Shown piece after piece: positions 45,678-55,683 of a DNA stretch of 64,000 nucleotides. Within the stretch, counting starts at the first letter, position 1. Each line of letters starts with the position of its first letter. The DNA comes from Spirochaetota bacterium (GTDB lineage Bacteria > Spirochaetota > Spirochaetia > Treponematales > UBA12059): assembly GCA_026398615.1 (NCBI GenBank), contig JAPLSN010000029.1, positions 22,469-86,468 on the forward strand. Reading direction: 5' to 3'. The translations under genes and the position numbers were made by a program. The notes beneath the pieces were generated by a model. That model worked only from the letters and a program-made list of their open reading frames with translations, was not told the DNA's origin and did no database searches.

Positions 45678-46235
45678 TTACAGCAGGCCCCTCCCGAGTT
45701 CCTTCGCCCGGGCGAGCAAACCGGCCTCTGCGCCTTCGTCCCGCCCGGTGCCGTACACGATCCCCCTGATCACCGATCCGGTATACGAGAAGGCGTCCTC
45801 GAGGGTCCGTATCGCGTTGACCGCCCCCGACCTGTACGGATCGACGTCCCCGTAGGTCAGCAGGATCCCGACTTTCTTGCCGCGGAGGCTCCCGGTCGTC
45901 TCCACGTTCAGCCCGTAGAGCCTGTCCATGAACAGCTTGAGCTGGGCCGAAACGGAGAACCAGTAGATCGGGCTCGCGATCACCAGCGCGGAACAGCGTT
46001 CGATCCTTTCGTACAGCGGCGCCATGTCGTCGTCGATGACGCAGAATCGCTGCGCCCCCCTCCTGCATGCGTCGCAGGCGCTGCAGGGCCGGATCTCCAT
46101 CGTGTGAAGGCAGTATTCCTCGATTGCGACGGGCGAACCGCCCTCCCTGATGCCTTCAACGGCGGCCTTCGCGAGCGCACTGCTCGAGCCGTTTTTCCGG
46201 GGACTCCCGTGGATGACCAGGACCGTGTCTGACAT
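45678..46235 (-). CDS. Flavodoxin-like fold NAD(P)H-dependent FMN reductase / iron-sulfur flavoprotein-like protein
   Basis: LVIHGSPRKNGSS FMN-reductase N-terminus; Cys motif CSACDACRRG; SPIYWFSVSAQLK. Confidence 0.8.
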   Translation of the reverse strand: MSDTVLVIHGSPRKNGSSSALAKAAVEGIREGGSPVAIEEYCLHTMEIRPCSACDACRRGAQRFCVIDDDMAPLYERIERCSALVIASPIYWFSVSAQLKLFMDRLYGLNVETTGSLRGKKVGILLTYGDVDPYRSGAVNAIRTLEDAFSYTGSVIRGIVYGTGRDEGAEAGLLARAKELGRGLL

Positions 46236-46390
46236 GTTGATTCTCCTTCGGGCGGGATTTGATGCCGGGCGATCGGAGGCATCCGGCCGCGCGTATCCTC
46301 AGGGTGCCATGATACCCGGGGCGCGCGGGCGCATCAACGCCGGACGAGACGCGACCGCCGGTCCCGGTGTATGATCGCGGCATCGAAACC

Positions 46391-47677
46391 ATGAACGCCC
46401 CGTCGACCCTTCATCCCAAACGTCCGCTCGTACCCGCCCTGGCCCACCGCGGCTTCCGTTCGTTCTGGCTCGGGCAGTGCGTGTCGCTCGTCGGTACATG
46501 GATGCAGAACGTCGGCCAGACCATACTCGTCGTGAACCTTACGCGCAGCGATGCGGAACCCGGCGGATCCCCGCTCCTCGTCGGCCTCGTCGGCGCGGCG
46601 CAATACATCCCGATGCTGCTGTTTTCCCTCACGGCAGGGAGCATCGCCGACCGTCTCCCCAAGCGCCCCATCCTCGTCATCACGCAATCATGCATGGCCG
46701 CCCTCGCGATCGGGCTTTCCCTGCTCGACTTCGCGGGAATGGCGTCCTACGGCGTCGTCCTCGCGTTCGCCTTCGCGCTCGGCACCGTGAACGCGCTCGA
46801 CGTCCCGACGAGGCAGTCCTTCGTCGTGGAGATGGTCGGACGGAACCACCTGGCGAACGCGATCTCGCTCAACTCGGCCGCGTTCAACCTCGCCCGCATG
46901 GTCGGCCCCGCCGTCGCCGGCATCATGGCGGCGGCCATCGGCACGGCGCCGTGCTTCCTCCTGAACGGACTGTCCTTCCTCCCGGTGGTATTCGCCATCG
47001 CGACGATACGCCTCGACGATGACGCGATGGCCATCCGGTTCTCTTCGCGGCCGCGGGATCCGGACGACGGCATCATGGCCGGGCTGCGCTACGTGGCTCG
47101 CACCCCGACGGTGTTCTTTCCGCTCGTCCTGCTCGCGGTCGAAAGCGCGGTAGTCATGAACTACAACGTGCTCATCCCCGTCTTCAACGGTTCCGTGCTG
47201 GGCGGGGACGGAAGTTCGTTCGGACTCCTGCTCGGCGCCATGGGAGCCGGATCCTTCCTCGCCGCGGCCTTCCTGTCCACGAGGGGCGACCGCTCCCCCG
47301 ACCCCCGGCTCATGATCGCGGGAGCGGTCGGCGCGTCGATCTCCTTCGCCGCATGTTCCTTCGCGCGGGACTTCGCCATCGCCTGCATCCTCCTGGCGCT
47401 GACGGGTTTCTTCACGATCCTGTTCACGGCGACGACCAACGCGTTGGTGCAGCATTCCGTGGAGGACGCGAAGCGCGGCCGCGTGATGAGCATATACGCC
47501 CTCGTTTTCGGCGGCGTGATCCCGTTCGGCAACCTCTACGCCGGAGCCGTGGCGGCCACGGGCGGCGCGCCCTTCGCCATGGCGCTCTCCGGCGGCATCG
47601 GGACCGCTGCCGCGTTCCTGGTGCTCGGAGCGGTCGTCTCGTCGAGGCGGCGGCGGGAACGGACGGCGGCGGAGTAG
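46391..47677 (+). CDS. MFS transporter (EntS/enterobactin-exporter-like, 12 TM)
   Basis: MFS motif A-like GSIADRLPKRPIL between TM2 and TM3; 12 predicted TM helices. Start set at MNAPSTL. Confidence 0.85.
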   Translation: MNAPSTLHPKRPLVPALAHRGFRSFWLGQCVSLVGTWMQNVGQTILVVNLTRSDAEPGGSPLLVGLVGAAQYIPMLLFSLTAGSIADRLPKRPILVITQSCMAALAIGLSLLDFAGMASYGVVLAFAFALGTVNALDVPTRQSFVVEMVGRNHLANAISLNSAAFNLARMVGPAVAGIMAAAIGTAPCFLLNGLSFLPVVFAIATIRLDDDAMAIRFSSRPRDPDDGIMAGLRYVARTPTVFFPLVLLAVESAVVMNYNVLIPVFNGSVLGGDGSSFGLLLGAMGAGSFLAAAFLSTRGDRSPDPRLMIAGAVGASISFAACSFARDFAIACILLALTGFFTILFTATTNALVQHSVEDAKRGRVMSIYALVFGGVIPFGNLYAGAVAATGGAPFAMALSGGIGTAAAFLVLGAVVSSRRRRERTAAE

Positions 47678-48143
47678 CGGGCCGGCGCGGAGGTCCGCCC
47701 GTGGGTCCGGGGCCGATGCCCTCCTGTGATCAATACCGCCGCTCCTCGGGACAGAGAGCATGTGCGCAAAGCAGATCCCCGTCTTCGAACATCAGCTATC
47801 CTCGACCTTCCTCTCGAGGCGCGCGAAGACCCGCCTGGTGTTTTCCCTGCGCAATCGCCTCTGCTTTGACTTCGATCGCCACTTCATCGTCGAGGATAGA
47901 ATCCACCTCTAACCCGATACCGATCGCCACCAGGAACCTCCAACCACGAACTGCCGACTCTCTCGGCATTTATGGTATTGAATGCCAGGAGAGTTGGCGT
48001 CAAGGTGAAGCCGCTATCAGCAGTAACTCACAAGATTCGAAGACAGGGGGAAAACCCGGATCTACAGCTTCCCCATCCCCACGCCCTGCTCCTGCCTCGC
48101 CGTTTCACCGTCTGCGCTGCAAGATCCGCTCCCGCCACCTTGC

Positions 48144-48893
48144 TCACGCCCCGGACTCGCACCGGATTCCCCTCTCCGCGCAGAATCGCCTCACGAGCCC
48201 GGCGCGCTCCCGGTAAAACTCCTCGCGCCGGGCGTACTTCCCCGCCTCCGCGTTGTAGTTCCAGCCGCCGAAATAGATGCTGTCGACGAAACCCACGGCC
48301 CCGAGGATCTCCCCGAGATCCTGTTCGGCGAGGTTCGGCGTCGGGTAGGGCTCCATGTGGACGAGGGTCCTGCATCCCGCCTCATGGAGACGCTCGAGCG
48401 CCTCGATCCTTTCGGCATGGGGAGTCGCGCCCGGCTCCCATCGCCCGCGGAATTCCTCGGAAAGCGAGACGAGGCTGATCCCGTAGATATTGTCCTCCGG
48501 GAAACGGCCCCGGTCGGCGAGCTCGCCAGGCAGCTTACCCTTCGTGAGCACGGAAACCGGGATGCCCTTCGAGTTGATGAGGCCGATAAGCTTGAGGCTC
48601 ATCGCCGTCACCTCCGGCCACCCCGTCATGAAGGGATCGGTCGTGAGGCAGAGGTGGACGTACCCGGGCCTTTCCCTGAGTCGCCCGAGCTCCTTCGCGA
48701 GGAGCTCCGCCGCGTTCGCCACGAGCCTCGGGCGGCGCCAATCCCCGTAATCCCTGGCCCGGCCGTAGCTGCGCGCCATGGAGAAGGCATAGCAGGGGTA
48801 GAGGCAGCCATGGGAGCAGCCCTGCACGTGGTTGATGCAGAGGAAGCCGAGGGCGCTCCTGTTGAGCAGCGATTTACGCGTGATGGTTTCCAT
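48144..48893 (-). CDS. Radical SAM protein, SplB/DNA-repair-photolyase-like (COG1533-type)
   Basis: Cys motif INHVQGCSHGCLYPCYA resembles the SplB-family GCxHxCxYCYA cluster with one extra residue. Start set at METITRK; the track ORF begins 26 codons upstream. Confidence 0.65.
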   Translation of the reverse strand: METITRKSLLNRSALGFLCINHVQGCSHGCLYPCYAFSMARSYGRARDYGDWRRPRLVANAAELLAKELGRLRERPGYVHLCLTTDPFMTGWPEVTAMSLKLIGLINSKGIPVSVLTKGKLPGELADRGRFPEDNIYGISLVSLSEEFRGRWEPGATPHAERIEALERLHEAGCRTLVHMEPYPTPNLAEQDLGEILGAVGFVDSIYFGGWNYNAEAGKYARREEFYRERAGLVRRFCAERGIRCESGA

Positions 48894-49005
48894 TTTATTG
48901 TCCGGGGGAAGAACCCTTTCCTCGTGCCCGAAAGGGTTCCTCCCCCGGCCCCCCTCTTCCGAAAGACGCATACGGGAGGCTGAGCCCCAGTGGCTTCAAC
49001 GCCAT

Positions 49006-49149
49006 TTATCCCGTGAACAGAGACATCGCGATCTGCTTTGCGGAAACCGGAGATAAGCCCGCTTCATCTGCGATCCGATGGATCAACATAGGCAAGGCCC
49101 CCGTCTCGCCATCCCCCTCGACGATGGCGGCAATCCGGATTGGGCTCAT
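49006..49149 (-). pseudogene. Truncated Toprim-like (DUF4435/DUF4276/RloB-type) gene remnant, 47 codons, translationally coupled to the upstream ATPase
   Basis: ATG overlaps the ATPase stop (ATGA). MSPIRIAAIVEGDGETGALPMLIHRIADEAGL matches the Toprim beta1-E-G-x-x-E start of OLD/PARIS AriB-like partners, but a stop follows after 47 aa. Coordinates ±2. Confidence 0.4.
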
Positions 49150-50360
49150 CTCGCCTCTGTCCCGAATAAATCAAATTGCCGCGGGGGAAGACTCTCCATC
49201 ACTTTGGCATCGGGCCTGAGCTGCCCAAGCTTGAGAAGTTCGCCGGCCGTAAAAAGACGATCTTTGAGCGCGGAAATCCCGCAATCGTCGACGGGACCTA
49301 TCCTTGTTTCGCCGTCGATACTCTCGACCGCCAGAATATGCGAAGGGTCGAAATCATCATCGTCGAGGAGTTCCGGGCTGTGGCTCGTCACTATCACTTG
49401 CGTGGTTGTGGATGCCGAGTGAATAGCCGCACGAAGGATACCGGCGGCACCTGGGTGTATTGCGGTCTCTGGTTCCTCGATCCCTACGAGGGGAATACCC
49501 CTGGCGGCACTGCCGCCGTATTGCAAAAGCGCGGTCAGGATGCCGAGAACCCGCAGAGTGCCATCGGACATGTTCTCGGCGATGAACCGCCATGGAGCGG
49601 AGGTATTACCGACTTTCTGCCTGAATTGGATCGTCACCTTCCTCGACATGGGGACGATATCCACGTCCGAAATACCAGGTACAATGCGCGATAGATAGTC
49701 GACGATCGCCGAGAATGCATCGGGCTTCTCCCTTTTCAGGTACTCAAGAGAGGCAGCCAGATTGCGTCCGTCCCTTTTCAGTACCAATCCCGAATCCGGA
49801 GATTGAAGCTCGCGCATGGCGTCGGGGTTCAGGTTATAAAAACCCATGGTCGAAAGAGCGTCGAAGAGCGGACGAAACCCGGGGAGTCCGGCCGCAGCGA
49901 CGAGATAGAGTCTATCAATGGAGGCGGGCGGCATGATCGGCTCGCTAGAGCGTTCGATCGCACCAGCCTTGACCAGGTAAAAGGCATCCTCCACCCCTAA
50001 CGGACCGTGAATCATGCATCCTTCCTCGTCTACCGAACAGCCCCCATTCGCACGCGCTCCGATTTGGAAGGCGTAATAGCCATGAAGCTCCTCCGATAGC
50101 GAGAATTCCAGCCTGATGCCGAAGGAATTCGGATGGCCCGCCGACCTGCGACGAACCTCGTCTATGCCACCCCTATCCCTGAGCGCATGGTCAAGGCTTC
50201 CTGAGAGAGCTTCCGAGACGAAGCGCAAGGCATCCATAAAGTTGCTTTTGCCGGCTCCATTCGGCCCGACGAGGACGCTCAGCGGGCCGAGCGCGATAGC
50301 GCAGTGCGCGATGCTCTTGTAGTTACGCAATATCACCTTGCGAATGAATACGTTTGACAC
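49146..50360 (-). CDS. AAA_21/AAA_15-type ABC-like ATPase (OLD-family / PARIS AriA-like)
   Basis: N-terminal FIRKVILRNYKSIAHCAIALGPLSVLVGPNGAGKSNFMDALRFV (GxNGxGKSN Walker A); C-terminal LVGIEEPETAIHP and Walker B/D-loop-like TSHSPELLDDDDF. Likely GTG start (MSNVFIRKV) with a GGAAGG SD. About 50% GC. Confidence 0.75.
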   Translation of the reverse strand: MSNVFIRKVILRNYKSIAHCAIALGPLSVLVGPNGAGKSNFMDALRFVSEALSGSLDHALRDRGGIDEVRRRSAGHPNSFGIRLEFSLSEELHGYYAFQIGARANGGCSVDEEGCMIHGPLGVEDAFYLVKAGAIERSSEPIMPPASIDRLYLVAAAGLPGFRPLFDALSTMGFYNLNPDAMRELQSPDSGLVLKRDGRNLAASLEYLKREKPDAFSAIVDYLSRIVPGISDVDIVPMSRKVTIQFRQKVGNTSAPWRFIAENMSDGTLRVLGILTALLQYGGSAARGIPLVGIEEPETAIHPGAAGILRAAIHSASTTTQVIVTSHSPELLDDDDFDPSHILAVESIDGETRIGPVDDCGISALKDRLFTAGELLKLGQLRPDAKVMESLPPRQFDLFGTEAR

Positions 50361-50382
50361 AATCTGCCGCCTTCCACCAGAA

Positions 50383-50772
50383 CTAGATAATACTACAAAT
50401 TCGATTTCTCGATTCTTTTGCCTGAAGGCGGCACAGCCTCCAGCTGGATTTTCTCGGCCGCCCCGCCCCGGAAAACCCTGGCGCGGATGCTCGGCTCGAG
50501 CCGATCGGCCAACGCTCGCGCCTCGGCTGAAGGATCTGATAGCGCATGCAGATGAAGAAGACACTCGACTCTGTGATTTGACACCCATGAGAATCCAGAA
50601 TAATTCCGGACACTTCCGACATTGGAATAAACCCCGCGTCAATATCGTGCGGTGCAGATTTCTTTGGATTGCATTCGCATGACTCGCCCAGTATTGGCCC
50701 TTCCCACCCCTCCGGCAACTCCCTCTGCGTCTCCGCGCCTCCGCGTGAAATTCTTTCTTCTCTTTTTTTCAT
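50383..50772 (-). CDS. Hypothetical ORF B (129 aa) upstream of the ATPase; coding status doubtful
   Basis: Start overlaps the stop of ORF A (ATGA); ends 22 nt before the ATPase GTG. Composition only weakly protein-like. Confidence 0.25.
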   Translation of the reverse strand: MKKREERISRGGAETQRELPEGWEGPILGESCECNPKKSAPHDIDAGFIPMSEVSGIILDSHGCQITESSVFFICMRYQILQPRRERWPIGSSRASAPGFSGAGRPRKSSWRLCRLQAKESRNRICSII

Positions 50773-51002
50773 CCCGCCCTCTCCCCGAACAGAGGCCGCA
50801 GTTTTTCGACCGCCTGGCGCAGGTCGCCTGATGCACCGGCGTCGGGGAGGCGGGAGCAGCGGTCGGCGGCCTTCCAGAGAGCGCTGAGGGCCTCCCGATC
50901 GGCGAAGAGGAGGAGGCCGAGATCCCGCCTCGCGCCGTCCCGCGCGGTATGCCTCGTGCTCTTCCCTATCTTCCCTGACAGCTCATCGTAGATACTGATC
51001 AT
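50769..51002 (-). CDS. Hypothetical ORF A (77 aa), first ORF of the putative ATPase operon
   Basis: GGGGGAGGGGAGGG SD-like stretch before ATG; helical-looking C-terminal half (LSALWKAADRCSRLPDAG..LRQAVEKLRPLF). Confidence 0.3.
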   Translation of the reverse strand: MISIYDELSGKIGKSTRHTARDGARRDLGLLLFADREALSALWKAADRCSRLPDAGASGDLRQAVEKLRPLFGERAG

Positions 51003-51203
51003 GGCCCTCCCCTCCCCCGCTCGATCCGACCAGCCGCCTGCTTCCTTGTGGCGCCGTCAAGCATGATCCGCACATGGACGTCCCGGTCCTCTTCCTGGAA
51101 AAGTACGTTGTGTTGCAGCATTTCGTTCTTGCCCTTCCCCCAGAGCAACGTCATCTCCGCCGATGCGGTATCCGAAATTGTACAGGACCGCAAGCACACG
51201 TCG

Positions 51204-52190
51204 TTATTCACGGGACGCTGCTCGATTTCTTGCAGTCTTTTGGAACCGGCTCTTGGGATCGTCCCACCCCGGATTTCGGATGCCTTTGGGATCCACGAGA
51301 ATTACATGTTGCTTTCCGCCCGCGAGCAGCCACAGGATGAAGTCGGGATAAAAATTCCCTGCTTTGAAAAAGCCTATGCTGCGGCCCTTGCTCAGATTAC
51401 GCAGTAGATAGAGATCGCGTGTCTCGAAACATTCAGTGTTGCAGTCATGGAAAGATTTTATATCCTCAACGAAATGCCGCTCGCTTTTGCTGAGCGGGGC
51501 CAGACGAGCACTCATGGTATCCGGTGTGCCGGCTATTGCCAAGGATGAAGAGGCAAGGAGCTTGCGAAGGATAAACTGGATCAAGTGACGTTGGCGGCAG
51601 GGGATGGCGCAGATTTCCGGACGCTGAATGAAAGAGGAAATGGCTTCATAAAGCTTATGTTCATCATCGGTCGGCTGGAAAGGCCGAGTGATCGCATGGC
51701 GTTCGGTAAACCGGACATATTCGGTAACCTGCTTCCGCAGTGTCCGTTTACAGAATCCCGCCAGACGCCCTCGCAAGGCATTGATGTTGGCCCCCACTCC
51801 GGTAATTTGTGCCCGGAATGCAGCGAGATCATAATAAAGCTGTTCATCCATGAGCGTTGAAAGTCCGAACAGCTCCAGGAGAGAGTTCTGGAGCGGCGTT
51901 GCGGAAACAAGCGGCTTGCGGCTGTCTTCCGTTGCCCAACGAATGCCCTTCCCTACCTTTGTCGACGAAAGACCCCGTCCAGCCTTCAGCGCCTCCCGGT
52001 AAGGGTTTGAGTCCAGGGTGAATGTTGGAATATTGAACTTCTCTTCAAGCTCCAGAGCCCATTGCTTTCGTATCGAAGCCGGGCATATGACGAGCGGGCG
52101 GCGTTTGCGCTCCGCCCAATAGTATTTGGCGTGATACGGGGTCAATCTCATCGGGGCGCCTCTGATACCGTAGCACGGCAACTCTGCCAT
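51204..52190 (-). pseudogene. Degraded SNF2/DEAD-like helicase fused to a PD-(D/E)xK nuclease (restriction/defence-type) with the Walker A region deleted
   Basis: [10 protein letters not shown] (L.PYQ-like) runs directly into [20 protein letters not shown] (motif Ia/Ib) with no GxGKT. Motif III is [18 protein letters not shown]-terminal FYPDFILW...ILVDPKG is a PD-(D/E)xK core. 328 aa against >800 expected. About 50% GC. Confidence 0.6.
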
Positions 52191-52222
52191 CTGCCGTTCA
52201 TTACGTTAGCATTAAACCGGAC

Positions 52223-52738
52223 TTGACAATGAGTAATCATATCCTTGAAACGCAGTCGATGTCATCGTTTTCGGGGGCCGCCGCCATCCTCGCCGCGAGG
52301 GGCGGGTTGCCCCACCCGGGACGGCTGGCCGCCTCGTTCTGCTGCGCCGTCGCGGCCCTGCTCCTCCACCGCTTCTCGGAGGGCGGTTTCCGGAGGATGT
52401 TCCTCCTGCACGAGGAACTGGAACGGAATAACCGCAAGCTCGATTCCCTTTCGTACCACGACGCACTTACCGGCATCTACAACCGGCGCTTCCTCGAGGA
52501 GACCATGACCCGGGAGCTCGAAACCGTCGTCCTGTTCGCGGAACGGGTCAGGGCTTCCGTCGCCGAAACCCCGATGCCCATGTTCGACATGCCGATCATC
52601 CCGAGCGCCGGCGTCGCATCGGCCCGGCCCGACGACTCGCCCGCCGCGTTTTTCGAACGGGCGGACACCCTGCCCTACGAGGCCAGGCGTTCCGGCAGGA
52701 ACCGGGTCGCTGCGCAGGACGCCCGGGCTGGCGCTTGA
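52223..52738 (+). pseudogene. GGDEF-domain remnant (TM helix plus a partial diguanylate-cyclase domain lacking the GG(D/E)EF motif)
   Basis: GGDEF N-terminal block SYHDALTGIYNRRFLEE is followed directly by the C-terminal block ...VLFAERVRASVAET... RADTLPYEARRSGRNRV; the catalytic RYGGEEF region is absent. Confidence 0.55.
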
Positions 52739-52769
52739 CGCGTTCCCCCCAAGGCGCCACCATCGTCCC

Positions 52770-53228
52770 ATGATCCCCGAAAAAGTCGCCCGCGTGCTCG
52801 CGGACGCCGGCTTGACGGCCCTCGAGTTCGAACCCGGCTCGACACCGACCGCCCCGCTCGCGGCGGAACGCATCGGCGTCGCGGTCGGGCAGATCGCCAA
52901 GTCCCTCCTCTTCCGCGCGAAGGACGGCAGCCACCACCTCATCGTCTGCTCAGGCGACCGCCGCGTCGACTCCTCCCGTCTCAAGGCGCTCGTCGGCTGC
53001 AGGGCGAGCATGGCCGACGCCGAGGAAACGCTGAGTATCACCGGCTACCCGCCGGGCGGGGTCTGTCCCTTCGCCCTGGAAGGCGTCGCGGTCTGGATCG
53101 ACGAGAGCCTGGCCGCGTACGGGACCGTCTACCCGGCCGCCGGCACGGACTCGACCGGCGTCCCGACCGACTTCGAGACGCTCCTCAGGATCACCGGAGG
53201 GCGGCGCGCCTCGGTGACGGAACCGTAG
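52770..53228 (+). CDS. YbaK/ProX-family aminoacyl-tRNA deacylase (Cys-tRNA(Pro)/Ala-tRNA(Pro) editing domain)
   Basis: IAKSLLFRAKDGSHHLIVCSGDRRVDSSRLKAL... ITGYPPGGVCPFAL: YbaK-like editing-domain motifs including the conserved Lys. Confidence 0.8.
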   Translation: MIPEKVARVLADAGLTALEFEPGSTPTAPLAAERIGVAVGQIAKSLLFRAKDGSHHLIVCSGDRRVDSSRLKALVGCRASMADAEETLSITGYPPGGVCPFALEGVAVWIDESLAAYGTVYPAAGTDSTGVPTDFETLLRITGGRRASVTEP

Positions 53229-53511
53229 GGAGAGCGGTCGGGATCCTCCGCCGCGATCGTGCGGCCCTCCCCCGTCGAGCTCCGGAGCCTTGGAAGCCAT
53301 GCCTTGTCAATTTTTTCGTTGCATGATGCCTTGAGGGATACGGCAACCATCGAGAATGGCGGTCCGGGGAAGTGCGGCAATGCGCAGGATTTTCCTTCTG
53401 GCACTTTTTACCGTGACGATTGTCCTTCCGTTTCCCGTGCGTCCCGCCCGTTCGATTGCCGTCATGAGGAATACGCACTATCATTGGGGCGATCCAATCA
53501 AGGAGGATCCG

Positions 53512-54267
53512 ATGCGGTCTGCCCATCCTTCTCTCGCTCTCCCCATCCTGCTCGTTGTCCTGGCGGCCGCGGCGCCGCCTCTCTGGGGTGCGGATCCCTA
53601 CCTGTCCGTCTCGGTCGATGTGGGCATGGAAGGCGGCCCTGTCGCCATGGGCGTGGGTGGACCGCTCCGGGACTGGTACGGCTATTTCTATAATTTCTTC
53701 TCGGTCCCGATCCGCGTGGAGTGGTACCCCGGCCTCCCCTTGATTCTGAGCGGCGGAGCGACCGGGGTGATGAAGGGATTCGTTTTCAACACCGCCGGCC
53801 TGATCCCGGAGGCCGGAGTGGAGCTCATCCTGTACAATGACGACCTGATTACGCATTCCGTTGGCGTCCAGGGCCGGTGGTTCATGCTGGAGTACGACGT
53901 GATGTTGCTCGACGATGTGGGCGGTGATTACAGCTTCGATGACGTCCGGCATCAGGGGACCATCAACGACACGGAGTACAGGATCGGGTACTACTTCCGG
54001 ACCCTGCTGGACGGGAGCATGGACCAGCAGATCCGGGCGCATGCGGAGCTATCCTTCGAACGAAAGAACATCACGGACATCCAGGCCATCCGGACCGCTC
54101 CCAACACCTACAGTACGCCTGTTACCGTGGTCGACACGGCGGAAACCACCGGCTTCGTGGTCGGGTTCGGCGGTCTCATGAAAGTCATCGACTTCGACCT
54201 CGCTATCGGACGCGCGAAGGGGATGATGTGGATCAGCCTCAGAATGGGGATGGCCCTGATGCTGTGA
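53512..54267 (+). CDS. Secreted hypothetical protein, possible outer-membrane beta-barrel
   Basis: AAGGAGG SD before ATG 53512; signal peptide MRSAHPSLALPILLVVLAAAAPPLWGA; beta-rich with aromatic girdle-like residues. Track ORF starts upstream at 53356. Confidence 0.55.
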   Translation: MRSAHPSLALPILLVVLAAAAPPLWGADPYLSVSVDVGMEGGPVAMGVGGPLRDWYGYFYNFFSVPIRVEWYPGLPLILSGGATGVMKGFVFNTAGLIPEAGVELILYNDDLITHSVGVQGRWFMLEYDVMLLDDVGGDYSFDDVRHQGTINDTEYRIGYYFRTLLDGSMDQQIRAHAELSFERKNITDIQAIRTAPNTYSTPVTVVDTAETTGFVVGFGGLMKVIDFDLAIGRAKGMMWISLRMGMALML

Positions 54268-54400
54268 GGCCCGGGCTCCGACGGAGACGGCCGACACGGT
54301 CAAGGCGGAGCCCCTCCAGCAGGCCCTGGCGGCCATGATGGAGCGCTGCCCCTGTTTCCGCGTCCGTCTCCGGCGCGGCGCTTTCGATGCCTCACTTCCT

Positions 54401-55426
54401 TCAATCGAGGGACAGTACGACTTTCCCTGACTCTCCCGAAAGCATGGCGTCGAATCCCTTCTGGAAATCGTCGAAGGGGAAGCGGTGGGTGATGACGGGG
54501 CCGATGTCGAGGCCGGAGAGGATCATGGCCTGCATCTTGTACCAGGTTTCGAAGATTTCACGGCCGTAGATGCCCTTGAGGAAGAGGCCCTTGAAGATGA
54601 CCTTGTCCCAGTCTATGCCGGCGCCGTTCGGGAGGATGCCCAGCAGGGCGATGCGGCCGCCGTTGTACATGTTCTCCAGCATCTGCTCGAAGGCCTGGGG
54701 CGAACCGGACATTTCCATGCCGATGTCGAAGCCGCCGACCATGCCGAGTTCCTTCTGGACGTCGTGCAGGTTTTCCTTGGCCACGTTGACGGCGCGCGTG
54801 GCGCCGAGCTTGAGGGCGAGGCGGAGACGGTAGTCGTTCAGGTCGGTGATGACGACGTTGCGCGCCCCGACGTGGTGCGCGATGGCGGCGGCCATGCAGC
54901 CGATGGGGCCGGCGCCGGTGATGAGGACGTCCTCGCCCACCATCTCGAAGGAGAGCGCCGTGTGGGTGGCGTTGCCGTAGGGATCGAAGATGGAAGCGAT
55001 TTCGTCCGGGATGGAATCATGGACGTGCCAGGCGTTGGAGGAGGGAACGGCGACGAACTCGGCGAAACAGCCGTCGCGGTTGACGCCGATGCCGCGGGTG
55101 TTGGGGCAGAGGTGTCGCTTGCCGGCCCGGCATGCGCGGCAGACGCCGCACACGATGTGGCCTTCCGCGGAGACGCGCTCGCCGATCCTGTAGCCCTGGA
55201 CCGCGCGGCCCATGTCGACGATTTCGCCCACGAATTCGTGTCCGATGGTCATGGGCGTCTTGATGGTTCGCTTGGACCAGTCGTCCCACTTGTAGATGTG
55301 GACGTCGGTGCCGCAGATGGCGGTCTTCCTGACTTTGATGAGGAGGTCGTTGTCGCCGATATTGGGCATGGGGACGTCTTCCATCCAGATGCCGGGTTCG
55401 GCATATTTCTTGACGAGGGCTTTCAT
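54401..55426 (-). CDS. tdh: L-threonine 3-dehydrogenase (zinc-dependent MDR family)
   Basis: MKALVKK... [10 protein letters not shown] ... catalytic/structural zinc Cys cluster [15 protein letters not shown]; GxGxxG (ITGAGPIG) NAD-binding motif; 341 aa, typical Tdh length. Confidence 0.9.
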   Translation of the reverse strand: MKALVKKYAEPGIWMEDVPMPNIGDNDLLIKVRKTAICGTDVHIYKWDDWSKRTIKTPMTIGHEFVGEIVDMGRAVQGYRIGERVSAEGHIVCGVCRACRAGKRHLCPNTRGIGVNRDGCFAEFVAVPSSNAWHVHDSIPDEIASIFDPYGNATHTALSFEMVGEDVLITGAGPIGCMAAAIAHHVGARNVVITDLNDYRLRLALKLGATRAVNVAKENLHDVQKELGMVGGFDIGMEMSGSPQAFEQMLENMYNGGRIALLGILPNGAGIDWDKVIFKGLFLKGIYGREIFETWYKMQAMILSGLDIGPVITHRFPFDDFQKGFDAMLSGESGKVVLSLD

Positions 55427-55683
55427 GTCGTTCTCCTTCCGTTGGTGCGATCGCGGGCCTGCGTCTGCCGCTCCCGTCCGGCAGACGGCATGACGCCGAT
55501 ATTATACGACCTTTCCCCGATGTCGTGAAGAAAAGAAATCGATAAAACCGTATCGTTTGCCGGAAGAAGCATGTGCATCATGGTACGACACGCCGTGTTC
55601 CGGGGTTTTAGCGTTGCGCGTCTCCGCAAAAGCGCGGATACTCGTCCTGATCATTCCGATAATTTCCTTGAAGGAAAATTACC

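Noticed and set aside
48830-49180. 1-nt disagreements between my manual base counting and ORF-track coordinates
   Set aside because: Most likely my transcription or counting error in G/C homopolymer runs. ORF-track coordinates were used wherever available.
50393-50584. Alternative-frame small ORFs within 50.38-50.84 kb (63 aa at 50393-50584 minus, 65 aa at 50639-50836 minus, 114 aa at 50338-50682 plus)
   Set aside because: They are mutually exclusive with ORF B and none has an SD or motif. Sequence alone cannot decide, so only ORF A and ORF B, which show operon-like start/stop coupling, were kept at low confidence.
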